From an uncultured virus (IMG/VR IMGVR_UViG_3300042544_003738) (Duplodnaviria; Heunggongvirae; Uroviricota; Caudoviricetes): a DNA stretch of 20,000 nt. This document shows positions 9,675 through 18,504 of the stretch, piece after piece. The position numbers were made by a program, and so were the translations under genes. The notes beneath the pieces were generated by a model. It was given only the letters and a program-made list of their open reading frames with translations, made no database searches and had not been told where the DNA came from. Within the stretch, counting starts at the first letter, position 1, and each line of letters begins with the position of its first letter. The stretch covers positions 57,775-77,774 of the IMG/VR virus record IMGVR_UViG_3300042544_003738; one strand, written 5' to 3'.

Positions 9675-10054
9675 TAGTTAATCCATTCAATCAAAATAAG
9701 GCCAGCTGAGCCATTTGACCCTGCAGGATTTGGCTTAGTGGGATCGCCTCCTGCACCTGCCAAACCATGGAGATATGATCCAGGTACCAAGGGCCAAATT
9801 ATGTTTGGTGTCGTGCCTGCATTGCCTCCACTCACTGCTACGCCGCCTCCAGCAGAATAAAATACTCCACCTGGTCCGCTCATAGTAGTGTTGCCTCCAT
9901 TTGTTGGAGGAACTGTGGCAGATGTTTGCCCTTGACCTCCAGCACCAACTTGAAGATTATAGGTGGCATTTGGGATTATATCTACCCACAGCCGTAAAAT
10001 TGCTCCAGAGCCTCCAGCCAGGCCAGTAAACCATCCGCCAATGCTTCCACTCAT
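9674..10054 (-). CDS. C-terminal half of split collagen-like paralog 3
   Basis: Matches the second half of the paralogs' glycine-rich domain (GGSGA...W....YNLQVGAGG...GLILIEW); has its own SD GAGGA. Confidence 0.7.
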   Translation of the reverse strand: MSGSIGGWFTGLAGGSGAILRLWVDIIPNATYNLQVGAGGQGQTSATVPPTNGGNTTMSGPGGVFYSAGGGVAVSGGNAGTTPNIIWPLVPGSYLHGLAGAGGDPTKPNPAGSNGSAGLILIEWIN

Positions 10055-10180
10055 AACAGTAATCCTCTATAGCTATCCATTGTTACACCCCAACTGTTTA
10101 GTCCCAGCGTTGCATAGCCTTAAATCCCTATAATAGACAATGGCTGTCTTATGCTACGACTCTGTTACTACTTATGGTAA

Positions 10181-10735
10181 TCAAAATAGTCCTCCGCCGC
10201 CAGCCCCAGGGCCACCTTCTGTAGGTGGAACTGAACCTGGAGGCACATAAATGCCCAACGTTCCCCCAGCCCCTCCACCGATCAGTGTTATTCTAGCACG
10301 CCTAACACCAGGTGGCGCTGTCCATGTTTGTGGACCAGCAGTGCTGAAAACTGCTGCATAATGTTGTTGATCAGTTATTTGTGGTCCTGTTGGCCCAGTA
10401 TCACCATTGGGTCCTTGATCGCCTGGCGGGCCTTTGTTTGGACCTGGAGGTCCTTGAACTCCTGGGCTTCCAGGAATTCCCCCTCCCATACCAGGAGGAC
10501 CAGGAGGCCCAGGTGGACCAACAACAAATGTGTCATCTCCTGGTGGTCCTTGAGGGCCAGGGCTCCCTGCTGTGCCAATAATACCTGGAGGTCCAGGTGG
10601 TCCAATTTGTTGCCCAAAAAAGAATTGCTCTCCGTTGGCAGAGACTTTCAATACCAAGCCAGCTGGAACACCTTCCAGTTGCACATCAATAAGATCAGCT
10701 GATCCAACAACGCGGTTATCAAGTAGCTTTGGCAT
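10181..10735 (-). CDS. N-terminal half of split collagen-like paralog 3
   Basis: Starts [11 protein letters not shown]; 23 Gly-X-Y triplets; start of the glycine-rich domain ([20 protein letters not shown]), then TGA. Confidence 0.8.
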   Translation of the reverse strand: MPKLLDNRVVGSADLIDVQLEGVPAGLVLKVSANGEQFFFGQQIGPPGPPGIIGTAGSPGPQGPPGDDTFVVGPPGPPGPPGMGGGIPGSPGVQGPPGPNKGPPGDQGPNGDTGPTGPQITDQQHYAAVFSTAGPQTWTAPPGVRRARITLIGGGAGGTLGIYVPPGSVPPTEGGPGAGGGGLF

Positions 10736-10744
10736 GCTTAGTCC

Positions 10745-11215
10745 TTAATTGGCAGTCGCATTGGCAATTTCCAATAGGCTTACAACAACATCAACACAGT
10801 TATCAGTACTGGTATTGGTTGTTTCTGCTGGAGGATTACTTACTTGTACAACCAAGGTATCTCCGCTGCTCATGATCAAATTGCCATTCAAGGGGTCAAA
10901 AGCGTTGTTGGGAATAATTGTGTAATTGTTAACAAGGTAACGTCTACCAGTGGGCAGATAGGCTGGATCAGGAGGATTATCAATCCATACACTGAGATTG
11001 ATGGTTTTCCGTAGAGTAGGACTGCTGGGACTGCCTGTAATGTTGCTGCATTGAACAGTCAACAACACAATACTGACTTCAGTTGGATCTACACCTGGAG
11101 GCAATGTTGTGTTGGGAATAGTTTGATCGTAACTTGAAACTTTGTAAATGGTTGTGGGTTGATCATTTGTAACTCTAACTTTGACATTACGAAAGTTAAA
11201 AATAGGTGCAGGCAT
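10745..11215 (-). CDS. Putative small beta-rich virion structural protein
   Basis: 156-aa ORF tightly packed in the fibre operon (3-nt and 9-nt gaps). Confidence 0.6.
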   Translation of the reverse strand: MPAPIFNFRNVKVRVTNDQPTTIYKVSSYDQTIPNTTLPPGVDPTEVSIVLLTVQCSNITGSPSSPTLRKTINLSVWIDNPPDPAYLPTGRRYLVNNYTIIPNNAFDPLNGNLIMSSGDTLVVQVSNPPAETTNTSTDNCVDVVVSLLEIANATAN

Positions 11216-11218
11216 ATG

Positions 11219-13195
11219 TTAAGATCCTTTGCGTGAAAGAGCAAGTATAAAGGGAGTCATAAATCCAAAGATGCTTTGATAAAAGCTGCGTCCATCAATA
11301 GCACCTCGTCTCTGATTTATGCGGAAACTGGGTCTGGCAGGAGGTTTCTCCCACACGAAGTTAAAAGTAGCTGACGATCCACCACCACTTGTTGACGTTG
11401 CACTAATGGGATTTGTGGGCAAACTGCCAATTGTTGTGCTACCTGGCGCCGAAAGTAGATAGTATCCAGGAATAAGAATCGCAACACTTGTAATAACACC
11501 ACTGGACACACTCAAAACCTTAAGTGTTGTGGGCACAGCATAGGTGCTGTTAACGTTGGCTGGGGTAATGAAATTCAATGTATCCCCTACGTTATAGCTG
11601 CCTCCGCCATTGGCAATAGTCAATCCGCCAACTTGAAACGCTGGATTGGGTGTCACAGCCCCCACATAAAAGTCTCCGCTTTCGTCAGTTGTGGTATGGA
11701 ATACACGTCCACCAGCTAGTGCAATAGTATATTTGTTGGGATCAGCGTAGCCACTGCCATCTTGACTGGGGCTGAGTTTGGCATAATCCAAGCCAGCACC
11801 AGCATAGCTCATGGTATAGCCGCTGGCTTCAATCAAGGAGCCAAACTTGATCCTGGCTCGCAATTGCCGGCCAGCTATGGGCAAAGACTTCAAGCTAATA
11901 ACTGAACAAGGCAAACCACCCGCTGTTACACCTTTTGATATTGTATAGTCAACAGTGGGCAGCAACGGTGTTGCAGTGTCTAAAAATTGCACTTCCAAGT
12001 CACTGAATTGATTTGGCAAAACATAAGTGCCACCCGTTGTGACAAAATCAGAACTGACACCATTGGTGGCCCAAGTTTGATTTACAGCCACAGGGCTGTC
12101 AGTGGTTTCAAGATACCGGTGTCCTTGACTCCAAAGAGCATAATTGCCAAAACTGCAATTGCTGTTCAATGCAGTCACGTGACCACCATCAAGGCACAGC
12201 AAGCCAAACTGGCAGAAGTTAACGAAAAAACTCACCAACTGCATGTAGCCTTTGCCAATGACTTTGACGCCGATACCACCAAGATTGATTTGAGTAAATG
12301 CGTCAATAACAATGCTGTGAATCCTATTATTGGGTCCCAAAACACTGGGATCAATCAACACACCGCCACCACCTGGGTAAATCCCTGATCCAGTGTCTGG
12401 ATCGCCACTAATGCTGGAACAGTTTTGTACATAGGGACTGACCAAGATGTCTGCACCTGGAGCAAAGCCAAAGGCAAATCCTGTTTGTCGAGTTGTAGAG
12501 ATCAGTGCAGATGTATTCACTCCACTTGTGTTGGCATAACCTGCTGGAGTTATATCCAATGCTGATGGATTCAATCTATGATCTCTTACAGTAATGCCAT
12601 ACACATAACACTTGCTGTTCAAATAAAATACATCAGTAGTTGCGACTCTTGGTCGTATGGAAACAGCTCTAAGATTATCGCCAATAATGCTGACACCTGG
12701 CGGAATTTCAATAGGACAGTCTTCAGTATAGTCACCAGCTGCTACTAATATAGCTGTGTGATCAGGTCGGAATGCACCTGTGGCAATTTGTCTAGCTGCT
12801 TCAGCACATGCAGCTTTCACAGTTCGCTTGGCGCTATACCAACTTTGTCCACTGTTGGTATCATTACCACTTTCTGCAACGTAAATGCGATTTTTAACAA
12901 TTGCATCAGCAATCTGTTGCAGGCTTTCTGCATTTAGCAGTTTCCAAACACTGCCTTCCCAAACATACATTTGTTTGTCTGTGGTTTTGTACCAAAGCTG
13001 TCCTTGTGTGGGACTTTGTGGAGGACTTTGGTCGGCAAAATTTTCCATGAGATGAACAAGATTTTCATTCAAATAAGTACCGTAATTGGCAAAATTCTTA
13101 CCAAATAGGATCAAACTGGAAACTGTGCTGTTATACTGTCCTGGCGGAATACTTGCCAGCGTAGTGCCATTGGTCTTTGTGATATTTGTATTCAT
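11219..13195 (-). CDS. Fibre/spike-like virion protein with pectin-lyase-like beta-helix
   Basis: N-terminal attachment module (GKNF.NYG..LNEN.VHL.ENFA...P..GQLWY); IYVA..GND.NSG...T.KAA and GDYTE..P..IP.GVSIIGDNLR typical of beta-helix entries. Confidence 0.7.
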   Translation of the reverse strand: MNTNITKTNGTTLASIPPGQYNSTVSSLILFGKNFANYGTYLNENLVHLMENFADQSPPQSPTQGQLWYKTTDKQMYVWEGSVWKLLNAESLQQIADAIVKNRIYVAESGNDTNSGQSWYSAKRTVKAACAEAARQIATGAFRPDHTAILVAAGDYTEDCPIEIPPGVSIIGDNLRAVSIRPRVATTDVFYLNSKCYVYGITVRDHRLNPSALDITPAGYANTSGVNTSALISTTRQTGFAFGFAPGADILVSPYVQNCSSISGDPDTGSGIYPGGGGVLIDPSVLGPNNRIHSIVIDAFTQINLGGIGVKVIGKGYMQLVSFFVNFCQFGLLCLDGGHVTALNSNCSFGNYALWSQGHRYLETTDSPVAVNQTWATNGVSSDFVTTGGTYVLPNQFSDLEVQFLDTATPLLPTVDYTISKGVTAGGLPCSVISLKSLPIAGRQLRARIKFGSLIEASGYTMSYAGAGLDYAKLSPSQDGSGYADPNKYTIALAGGRVFHTTTDESGDFYVGAVTPNPAFQVGGLTIANGGGSYNVGDTLNFITPANVNSTYAVPTTLKVLSVSSGVITSVAILIPGYYLLSAPGSTTIGSLPTNPISATSTSGGGSSATFNFVWEKPPARPSFRINQRRGAIDGRSFYQSIFGFMTPFILALSRKGS

Positions 13196-13200
13196 CTTGA

Positions 13201-13206
13201 TATTTA
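13201..13206 (-). promoter_or_regulatory. Late promoter core TAAATA overlapping the portal stop codon
   Basis: TAAATA-N5-ATG (13195). Confidence 0.5.
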
Positions 13207-14961
13207 CTGTGTTTCAGTTGGAGGTGTTTCAGCACCTGGAGCAACTTCAGGTGTTTCAAATCCCGGTGTCTCAAGCGGGGCTTCAGGAGGCATCTCAGGT
13301 CCACCCATACCAAAATCAGGCTCTGGTGAAGGGCGTATCCCTATTGATCCCAGTCCCACACCCCTGTCTTCAATGGGGCTGGTGCCAGTCTTGCCTTTGA
13401 CTTTGTCGTTGTTTTCTTCTTTCCACATCCGCTCATTTTCCAGAATATCTTCTTCTGTCCATCCTAGATAACGCTTGAGCGCATATCTCTTGCTCATGTA
13501 AGCTCTTGCATCACTGTTCATAGCTGAACTGAAGAGGTTAACACGCTCAGTGTCAATGCTCATGTTGCGATATTGACTGAAACTTTGTGGAACGTTAAAT
13601 GCCAACTCAAACAAACTGCTGTGTACCTCAATGCCACGGAACTTCAAAAACAATTTAAATTCCATATCCAATGTTGGCGCAAGACTGTTCTGCAATCTTT
13701 GGCAATATTTGTTGAATCTATACTCTTGGATAAATGCTGTTCCCACTTTGCCATCGTTGTAAACTGCTGTGCCATCATCTGGTCCAGTGGGCAAATAGCT
13801 GCTGGGAATACCCAGCCCGCGCATCAACTTGTTGTTGAAGTATTTCAAGTCGTCAATAGTGCCCAAGTTTTCGCCAGCGTTCAAAGTGTCAATAGTTGTG
13901 CCGCGTTGTTCACTGTTGGTTGCAAGGAAGAAATCTTCTGTAATGCTTATGGGATTATAGGCGCTGTCAATAATACTTGAGCCACCACCTGTGCGGTTTG
14001 GGAGTCGCCTTTGGTAAATTTCGTTTTTGACTCTTTCAACATACTGCATGGCACGTTGACCTTGCAGCTGACCCACGTCAATCTTAAACACTCTGCGCTC
14101 AGGTGCACGCACAATACGGTAAATGAGAATGCAGTCTTCCAAAAGGTCTTTTTGTTTGTAAGTTTTGTAAACTGCTTCAATGATGCTGGTGCCAAAAGGC
14201 CAATATTGATCCAAGCCTTCACTTAAACTGAGATGCACCACGTGGTTGGCATCAATTGCCATGCTGTTGGCTGGATTGTAAAATCTGCTGGTACGGCCGC
14301 CAGGTGTTGTGGGCTGTCCATAGTTGATGTTGCCTGCACCAGCTGCTGGGTTCGCACTACGAGGGTAACCTCCTGGGAAACTGTATTGATCATGCACAAG
14401 AGGGTTGGTTGCCACTAGACTTTGTAAATTGAAATCCAAATCTCTAATCACATATTGTTCAATTTTTTTGCCTTGTGCCTCATTGACAATGATTTTTTCC
14501 ACTTTGGCTGAATCTACCCACAACAGCTCATAGGTTTCTGGATCTCGGACGAAAAATTGATCACCGTATTTGACAGTATTACGGAATATTTTGAAGATTC
14601 GTTGATTCAGTTTATTGATGCTGCACCATTGTTGAAGTGCACTGGCCAAAAGTTCTGTTTCAGTTTCAGTAACATCACCTTTCCAAATAAATCGGAAAGG
14701 AATAGGCTCATCATCACTTTGGTTTTGTGTGCAGAACTCAGCAATAGTGTCCAAGCTGCGATTGATTTCACTATCTAAATCAGCTTGTTCATAAGCCACA
14801 TAGCGTTCAACTCGGTTTGGAGCACCAGCATAGACTTCAGGCAAATAACTGCTGAATTTTGTAGTGGTTGCACCTTGACTGTTGTCTTTGTTGATTTCTG
14901 CTAGTCTTGCAGTGAGTCTAGCTTGACTCGGTACTGTTGTGAAATATTTTTTCCAAGCCAT
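13204..14961 (-). CDS. gp20: Portal protein (T4 gp20-like)
   Basis: Motifs LLEDCILIYRIVRAPERRVFKIDVG, EDFFL, GTTIDTL..GENLG.IDDLKYF..KL.RGL.IP.S and E.RF.KYC.RLQ. Confidence 0.96.
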   Translation of the reverse strand: MAWKKYFTTVPSQARLTARLAEINKDNSQGATTTKFSSYLPEVYAGAPNRVERYVAYEQADLDSEINRSLDTIAEFCTQNQSDDEPIPFRFIWKGDVTETETELLASALQQWCSINKLNQRIFKIFRNTVKYGDQFFVRDPETYELLWVDSAKVEKIIVNEAQGKKIEQYVIRDLDFNLQSLVATNPLVHDQYSFPGGYPRSANPAAGAGNINYGQPTTPGGRTSRFYNPANSMAIDANHVVHLSLSEGLDQYWPFGTSIIEAVYKTYKQKDLLEDCILIYRIVRAPERRVFKIDVGQLQGQRAMQYVERVKNEIYQRRLPNRTGGGSSIIDSAYNPISITEDFFLATNSEQRGTTIDTLNAGENLGTIDDLKYFNNKLMRGLGIPSSYLPTGPDDGTAVYNDGKVGTAFIQEYRFNKYCQRLQNSLAPTLDMEFKLFLKFRGIEVHSSLFELAFNVPQSFSQYRNMSIDTERVNLFSSAMNSDARAYMSKRYALKRYLGWTEEDILENERMWKEENNDKVKGKTGTSPIEDRGVGLGSIGIRPSPEPDFGMGGPEMPPEAPLETPGFETPEVAPGAETPPTETQ

Positions 14962-14988
14962 CAGGGTTCTGTTTCTCTCGGTTTTTGA

Positions 14989-14994
14989 TATTTA
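14989..14994 (-). promoter_or_regulatory. Late promoter core (A)TAAATA for the portal gene
   Basis: Intergenic, 27 nt upstream of ATG 14961. Confidence 0.6.
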
Positions 14995-15026
14995 TGTGAG
15001 AAAAATACCCAGAAAAAAGATTACCT

Positions 15027-17351
15027 CTAGGCAAAGTCACCAATTATTCCAGCTGTGATACGTGCTTGTCTTGCTTGATCTTGGATGTAGGGTGTTTGTG
15101 CTGCCACTGTGCTGTTCAAGGTAGTGACCATACCTAATAGTGCATCGTTTTGCGGTGCTATTGGTGGAGCAAGACTAGTCATAGTGGCTTGTGCTGCTAC
15201 TCTACTTACAAGTGCAGCCATAGCAGAAACATATGACGTGCTGCTTGCTTGCATTTCAACAAGTGCAGTTGAATCTTGTAATAAACCACCAGCATTGCCA
15301 GTTTGATCACCTGGCCTTGCTTCTGATGCACTTGCTGAACTTATAAGCATAGGTAGTGCAGCACCCAGACCACCTACAAGTGCCCCCACCGGCCCACCCA
15401 TCAAGAAGCCGCCTGCTGCCCCACCTAATACGCCTAAGGCACCACTACCAAATGAGCCAAGGCCCAGCATGCTACCAAGTCCTGCGCCCGCCATCCCTCC
15501 TGCGAGTCCTCCTAAACCTCCTCCTAAAATGCCTCTACTTAACCCCGAACCTAGTAAGCGATTTCCTGTCATTCCTAACAACCCTCCTCTAGCAGCAAGA
15601 TTACCAGCCCCGCCCATCATACCAGACATCATTCCTGTTGAGCCCAGCATTGAAGTCAAACCCAAGCCTCCTCCTCCCAGTAACCGTGGTATTGCAGCTT
15701 TTAAAGCTGTACTTGCCAGCAATTTAGGCATCAATGCCACAGCAGCTCCTGTCATTAAGGCCGAAGCTGCTCCGGACATACCACTGGCAGCCATTCCATA
15801 AAATGAGTTTGCTGCTCCTGCGCCTGCGCCAGTTGCTGCTGCCAAGGGTTCAAGAACTTTCGTAAACAAGCCCAACTGTTGTGTAGCTGCCCAGAGCGCT
15901 GCCTTGAAGTCACCAGTGATACGAGCAGTATCCATAGTCACTTTTTGCATGGCAGTAGTAGCTTGATCTAAGTTTCCACCTCTTCCGGTGAAGATATCAA
16001 GTATCCTCTGCATACCTCCTGGCTGCGCTTCAGCCGCCTTTGCCCGTGCTGCGTCTCCATATAATTCATCAGCTATGTCACCTGCTCCTGCGTACTTACT
16101 TCCCAGATACGCCTGTGTTACAAAATCATTTAAGCCCTGTCCTTGGCTAAAATTACGTTTTAAATTCCCAGCTCCTTCCATCATGTCTAAGGTAGATCCT
16201 GATGTTAGCTGCCTAGACAATTGCTCCATTCCAGACATTGTCCCGCCTATGCTCATAAAGGCGCGCATTTGCTCGTCAGGAGGCATAAGCCCATATTGCA
16301 TGCCTGCTATGGCTCTTGTCAATTTAGGCCCTATGTCCATTGCCAATTGGCCAGTGTTTTTCTTAAATGTTGCTGCCGCTTCAGGATTGGTCTGTTCCAA
16401 TTGCCTAACCCGAAGTCTAATAAATCTATCTTGATCTAGCTCTTTTTGTCTAGCCTCTAATGTTTTTCTATCTTTGCCAGTTAAAATAGTAAGTGCTGTA
16501 AGCTCACGCAAATATTGTGCAGTGCCTTGTTCGTTCATTGCGCTTGCTTGCTGGAATGAAAGCCCACCTTCGACTAAGCTGTTCACAAAGAAACTAACGG
16601 ACTCAGCCTGTTGTTGAGACGTCTGGCCGTACATACCAAACTCCCTAGTAGCTGTTTGTGTTGCCCGAATCAATTTGGCAAAATTTTCTTCACCCACTCC
16701 ACCAATTGTAGTACCAAATTGCCCAACAAGTCCTTGAAACTCTTCCAGCTTCAAACCTGTACGACCAACCATTTCCTGCATCTTTTCAAGACTGCCGCCA
16801 AAAGTAACACCGGTGTTTGCCATGGCCTGAAAAGCTGGCATTCCGCTAGCAAAAATTCCCACACCAGCAGCAACAACAGCCACCACTTTGTTCAAGCCAG
16901 CAAATGCTGTGCTTAACCCAGTTGCACTACCATCTGCCTTACGGAAATTATAGCTTAAGCTGTTGATACCACTTGTGACACCTTCATACAGTCTACTGCT
17001 GTCAAATCGACTCATTTTGTCTAAGCTTGAGCGTAAATCATCAACACTGCGTTTGTAATTGCCTTTGATTTCCTGTTCATAGCCTTGCATGCGTTGTTCA
17101 TGACGCAGTTGATTGACCTGAGCCCTTTTAGCTTTCTCCGCACTATTTTGAAGTTCTGTCAAGCCATCTTTGGCATCATCAATAGCATCTTCAAATGAGC
17201 GAATAGTTGCAGCATCTAAGTTGAACTTTTCTTTAGCAATAGCAGCCAAAATACTGTTGTTTGACGCCATCTTGTCACGCAACTCTCCGAGAGTGCGCTC
17301 CTGGGCCCAATTCTTGCTGATATCTTTCAATTCACTAGCTGTAAAACTCAT
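15027..17351 (-). CDS. Tape-measure/baseplate-hub-like tail protein
   Basis: 774 aa, helical and A/G/M-rich, with a hydrophobic segment and a long glycine-zipper-like C-terminal tract; divergent from the gp26-like gene. Confidence 0.6.
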   Translation of the reverse strand: MSFTASELKDISKNWAQERTLGELRDKMASNNSILAAIAKEKFNLDAATIRSFEDAIDDAKDGLTELQNSAEKAKRAQVNQLRHEQRMQGYEQEIKGNYKRSVDDLRSSLDKMSRFDSSRLYEGVTSGINSLSYNFRKADGSATGLSTAFAGLNKVVAVVAAGVGIFASGMPAFQAMANTGVTFGGSLEKMQEMVGRTGLKLEEFQGLVGQFGTTIGGVGEENFAKLIRATQTATREFGMYGQTSQQQAESVSFFVNSLVEGGLSFQQASAMNEQGTAQYLRELTALTILTGKDRKTLEARQKELDQDRFIRLRVRQLEQTNPEAAATFKKNTGQLAMDIGPKLTRAIAGMQYGLMPPDEQMRAFMSIGGTMSGMEQLSRQLTSGSTLDMMEGAGNLKRNFSQGQGLNDFVTQAYLGSKYAGAGDIADELYGDAARAKAAEAQPGGMQRILDIFTGRGGNLDQATTAMQKVTMDTARITGDFKAALWAATQQLGLFTKVLEPLAAATGAGAGAANSFYGMAASGMSGAASALMTGAAVALMPKLLASTALKAAIPRLLGGGGLGLTSMLGSTGMMSGMMGGAGNLAARGGLLGMTGNRLLGSGLSRGILGGGLGGLAGGMAGAGLGSMLGLGSFGSGALGVLGGAAGGFLMGGPVGALVGGLGAALPMLISSASASEARPGDQTGNAGGLLQDSTALVEMQASSTSYVSAMAALVSRVAAQATMTSLAPPIAPQNDALLGMVTTLNSTVAAQTPYIQDQARQARITAGIIGDFA

Positions 17352-17381
17352 ACAAATTTTCTCACAACAGGAGACTACCCA

Positions 17382-17400
17382 TATTTAAGCCCCTTAAATA
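17382..17400. promoter_or_regulatory. Divergent pair of late promoter cores
   Basis: Inverted repeat TATTTAAG-CCC-CTTAAATA gives TAAATA on each strand between the divergent genes. Confidence 0.7.
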
Positions 17401-17437
17401 CTAGGGAATAACATACTTAGATAATAGGGCGCCAGTA

Positions 17438-18271
17438 ATGAGTAATCCATTGAGTCAATACTTTCACACACCCAAGGCCTATGCACAATTGCCAACACGA
17501 GGCAAATTTTATCCTAGTGATTTCCTTGAGACTTCAGCCAATGGCGAAATGGCAGTGTATCCGTTGACTGCTATTGATCAAATCATGTTGAAAACTCCTG
17601 ATGCGCTGTTGAATGGCGATGCATTGTTGAGTGTTTTCCGAAACTGTGTTCCTGGAGTCAAAGATCCCAAGAAGCTTGTGGAGCCTGACATCAACACCCT
17701 ACTTGTTGCCATAAGAATTGCCAGTGCAGGGTCAACTATGGAAATAGACACCACATGTCCCAGTTGTGGAAAAGAGCACAACTTTGGTATAGACCTCTCT
17801 GCATTTATCGAAACACAAACTTATGTTGAAGGCCCCACCTATATTGAAATAGATGGAGCACTCCAAGTTTTCCTGCGTCCTTACAACTTTGAGCAGAGAA
17901 ATCTACAACTGTTGAATGAAGTGGAACAAGCCAGAAGCATCAAAGTGTTACAAGAAACAGACACAACTGATGCAGAAAAGATCAGTAGTGTGACCAAACA
18001 AGTGAATCACATGGCCAAACGCACATTGGACATCATGGCCATGAGCATAACTGAAATCAAAATAATCAGTAGTGGTGAACTGGTCACCAATCAAGAATAC
18101 ATTCAAGAGTTTGTGAAAGGTATTCCCACAACCAGTGCCAACGCCATCATCGACAAGTTGAAAGAGCTCAACAAAACTGGTATTGATACCGAAACCTCTT
18201 TTCAATGCGACGGTTGCTCACACACTTGGAGCCAGTCAATTGACTTTGATCCCACAAGTTTTTTCGACTAA
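17438..18271 (+). CDS. Baseplate hub subunit / tail assembly chaperone (T4 gp26-like)
   Basis: Motifs LPT.GKFY, V.PLTA.D, D...LLVAIRIAS.G, two CxxC pairs (CPSC, CDGC) and C-terminal FDPTSFF. Confidence 0.8.
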   Translation: MSNPLSQYFHTPKAYAQLPTRGKFYPSDFLETSANGEMAVYPLTAIDQIMLKTPDALLNGDALLSVFRNCVPGVKDPKKLVEPDINTLLVAIRIASAGSTMEIDTTCPSCGKEHNFGIDLSAFIETQTYVEGPTYIEIDGALQVFLRPYNFEQRNLQLLNEVEQARSIKVLQETDTTDAEKISSVTKQVNHMAKRTLDIMAMSITEIKIISSGELVTNQEYIQEFVKGIPTTSANAIIDKLKELNKTGIDTETSFQCDGCSHTWSQSIDFDPTSFFD

Positions 18272-18319
18272 AGCTTCTCAGGGGTGATCATGTAGCCATC
18301 ACCCAAGTACTGAGAAGCT
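18259..18319 (+). other. Programmed -1 ribosomal frameshift signal
   Basis: In-frame slippery heptamer T TTT TTC (18259-18265), a 6-nt spacer, then a hairpin AGCTTCTCAG/CTGAGAAGCT with inner stem GGGTGAT/ATCACCC. Confidence 0.75.
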
Positions 18320-18504
18320 GCGAAAAAGAAGTGGAAATGATTGAAAGCGATATTGCCAACCTAGTGTATTACATGAACGGAGGACTCACCTACAGTGAAG
18401 CTTGGCGTCTCACCACTTCACAGATGAAATCTTTGAGTGGAACTATTTCCAAACACTATGAGATGCAAGCCGAAGCTTATAGGAAGGCTCAATCAAAGAA
18501 GTGA
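18265..18504 (+). CDS. gp51-like ORF missing from the ORF track; probably the C-terminal extension of a frameshift fusion (alternative ATG at 18337)
   Basis: The -1 frame is open from 18250 to 18504: RLKLLRGDHVAITQVLRSCEKEVEMIESDIANLVYYMNGGLTYSEAWRLTTSQMKSLSGTISKHYEMQAEAYRKAQSKK. Confidence 0.75.
   Translation, partial: RLKLLRGDHVAITQVLRSCEKEVEMIESDIANLVYYMNGGLTYSEAWRLTTSQMKSLSGTISKHYEMQAEAYRKAQSKK

Noticed and set aside
10055..10183. Stop-codon reassignment explaining the split gene
   Set aside because: All three stop codons occur in frame, and TAA, TAG and TGA all end genes elsewhere in the window.
8293..10702. Plus-strand Pro/Gly-rich ORFs (8293-8748, 9307-9681 and others)
   Set aside because: Antisense shadows of the GGN-CCN collagen codons.
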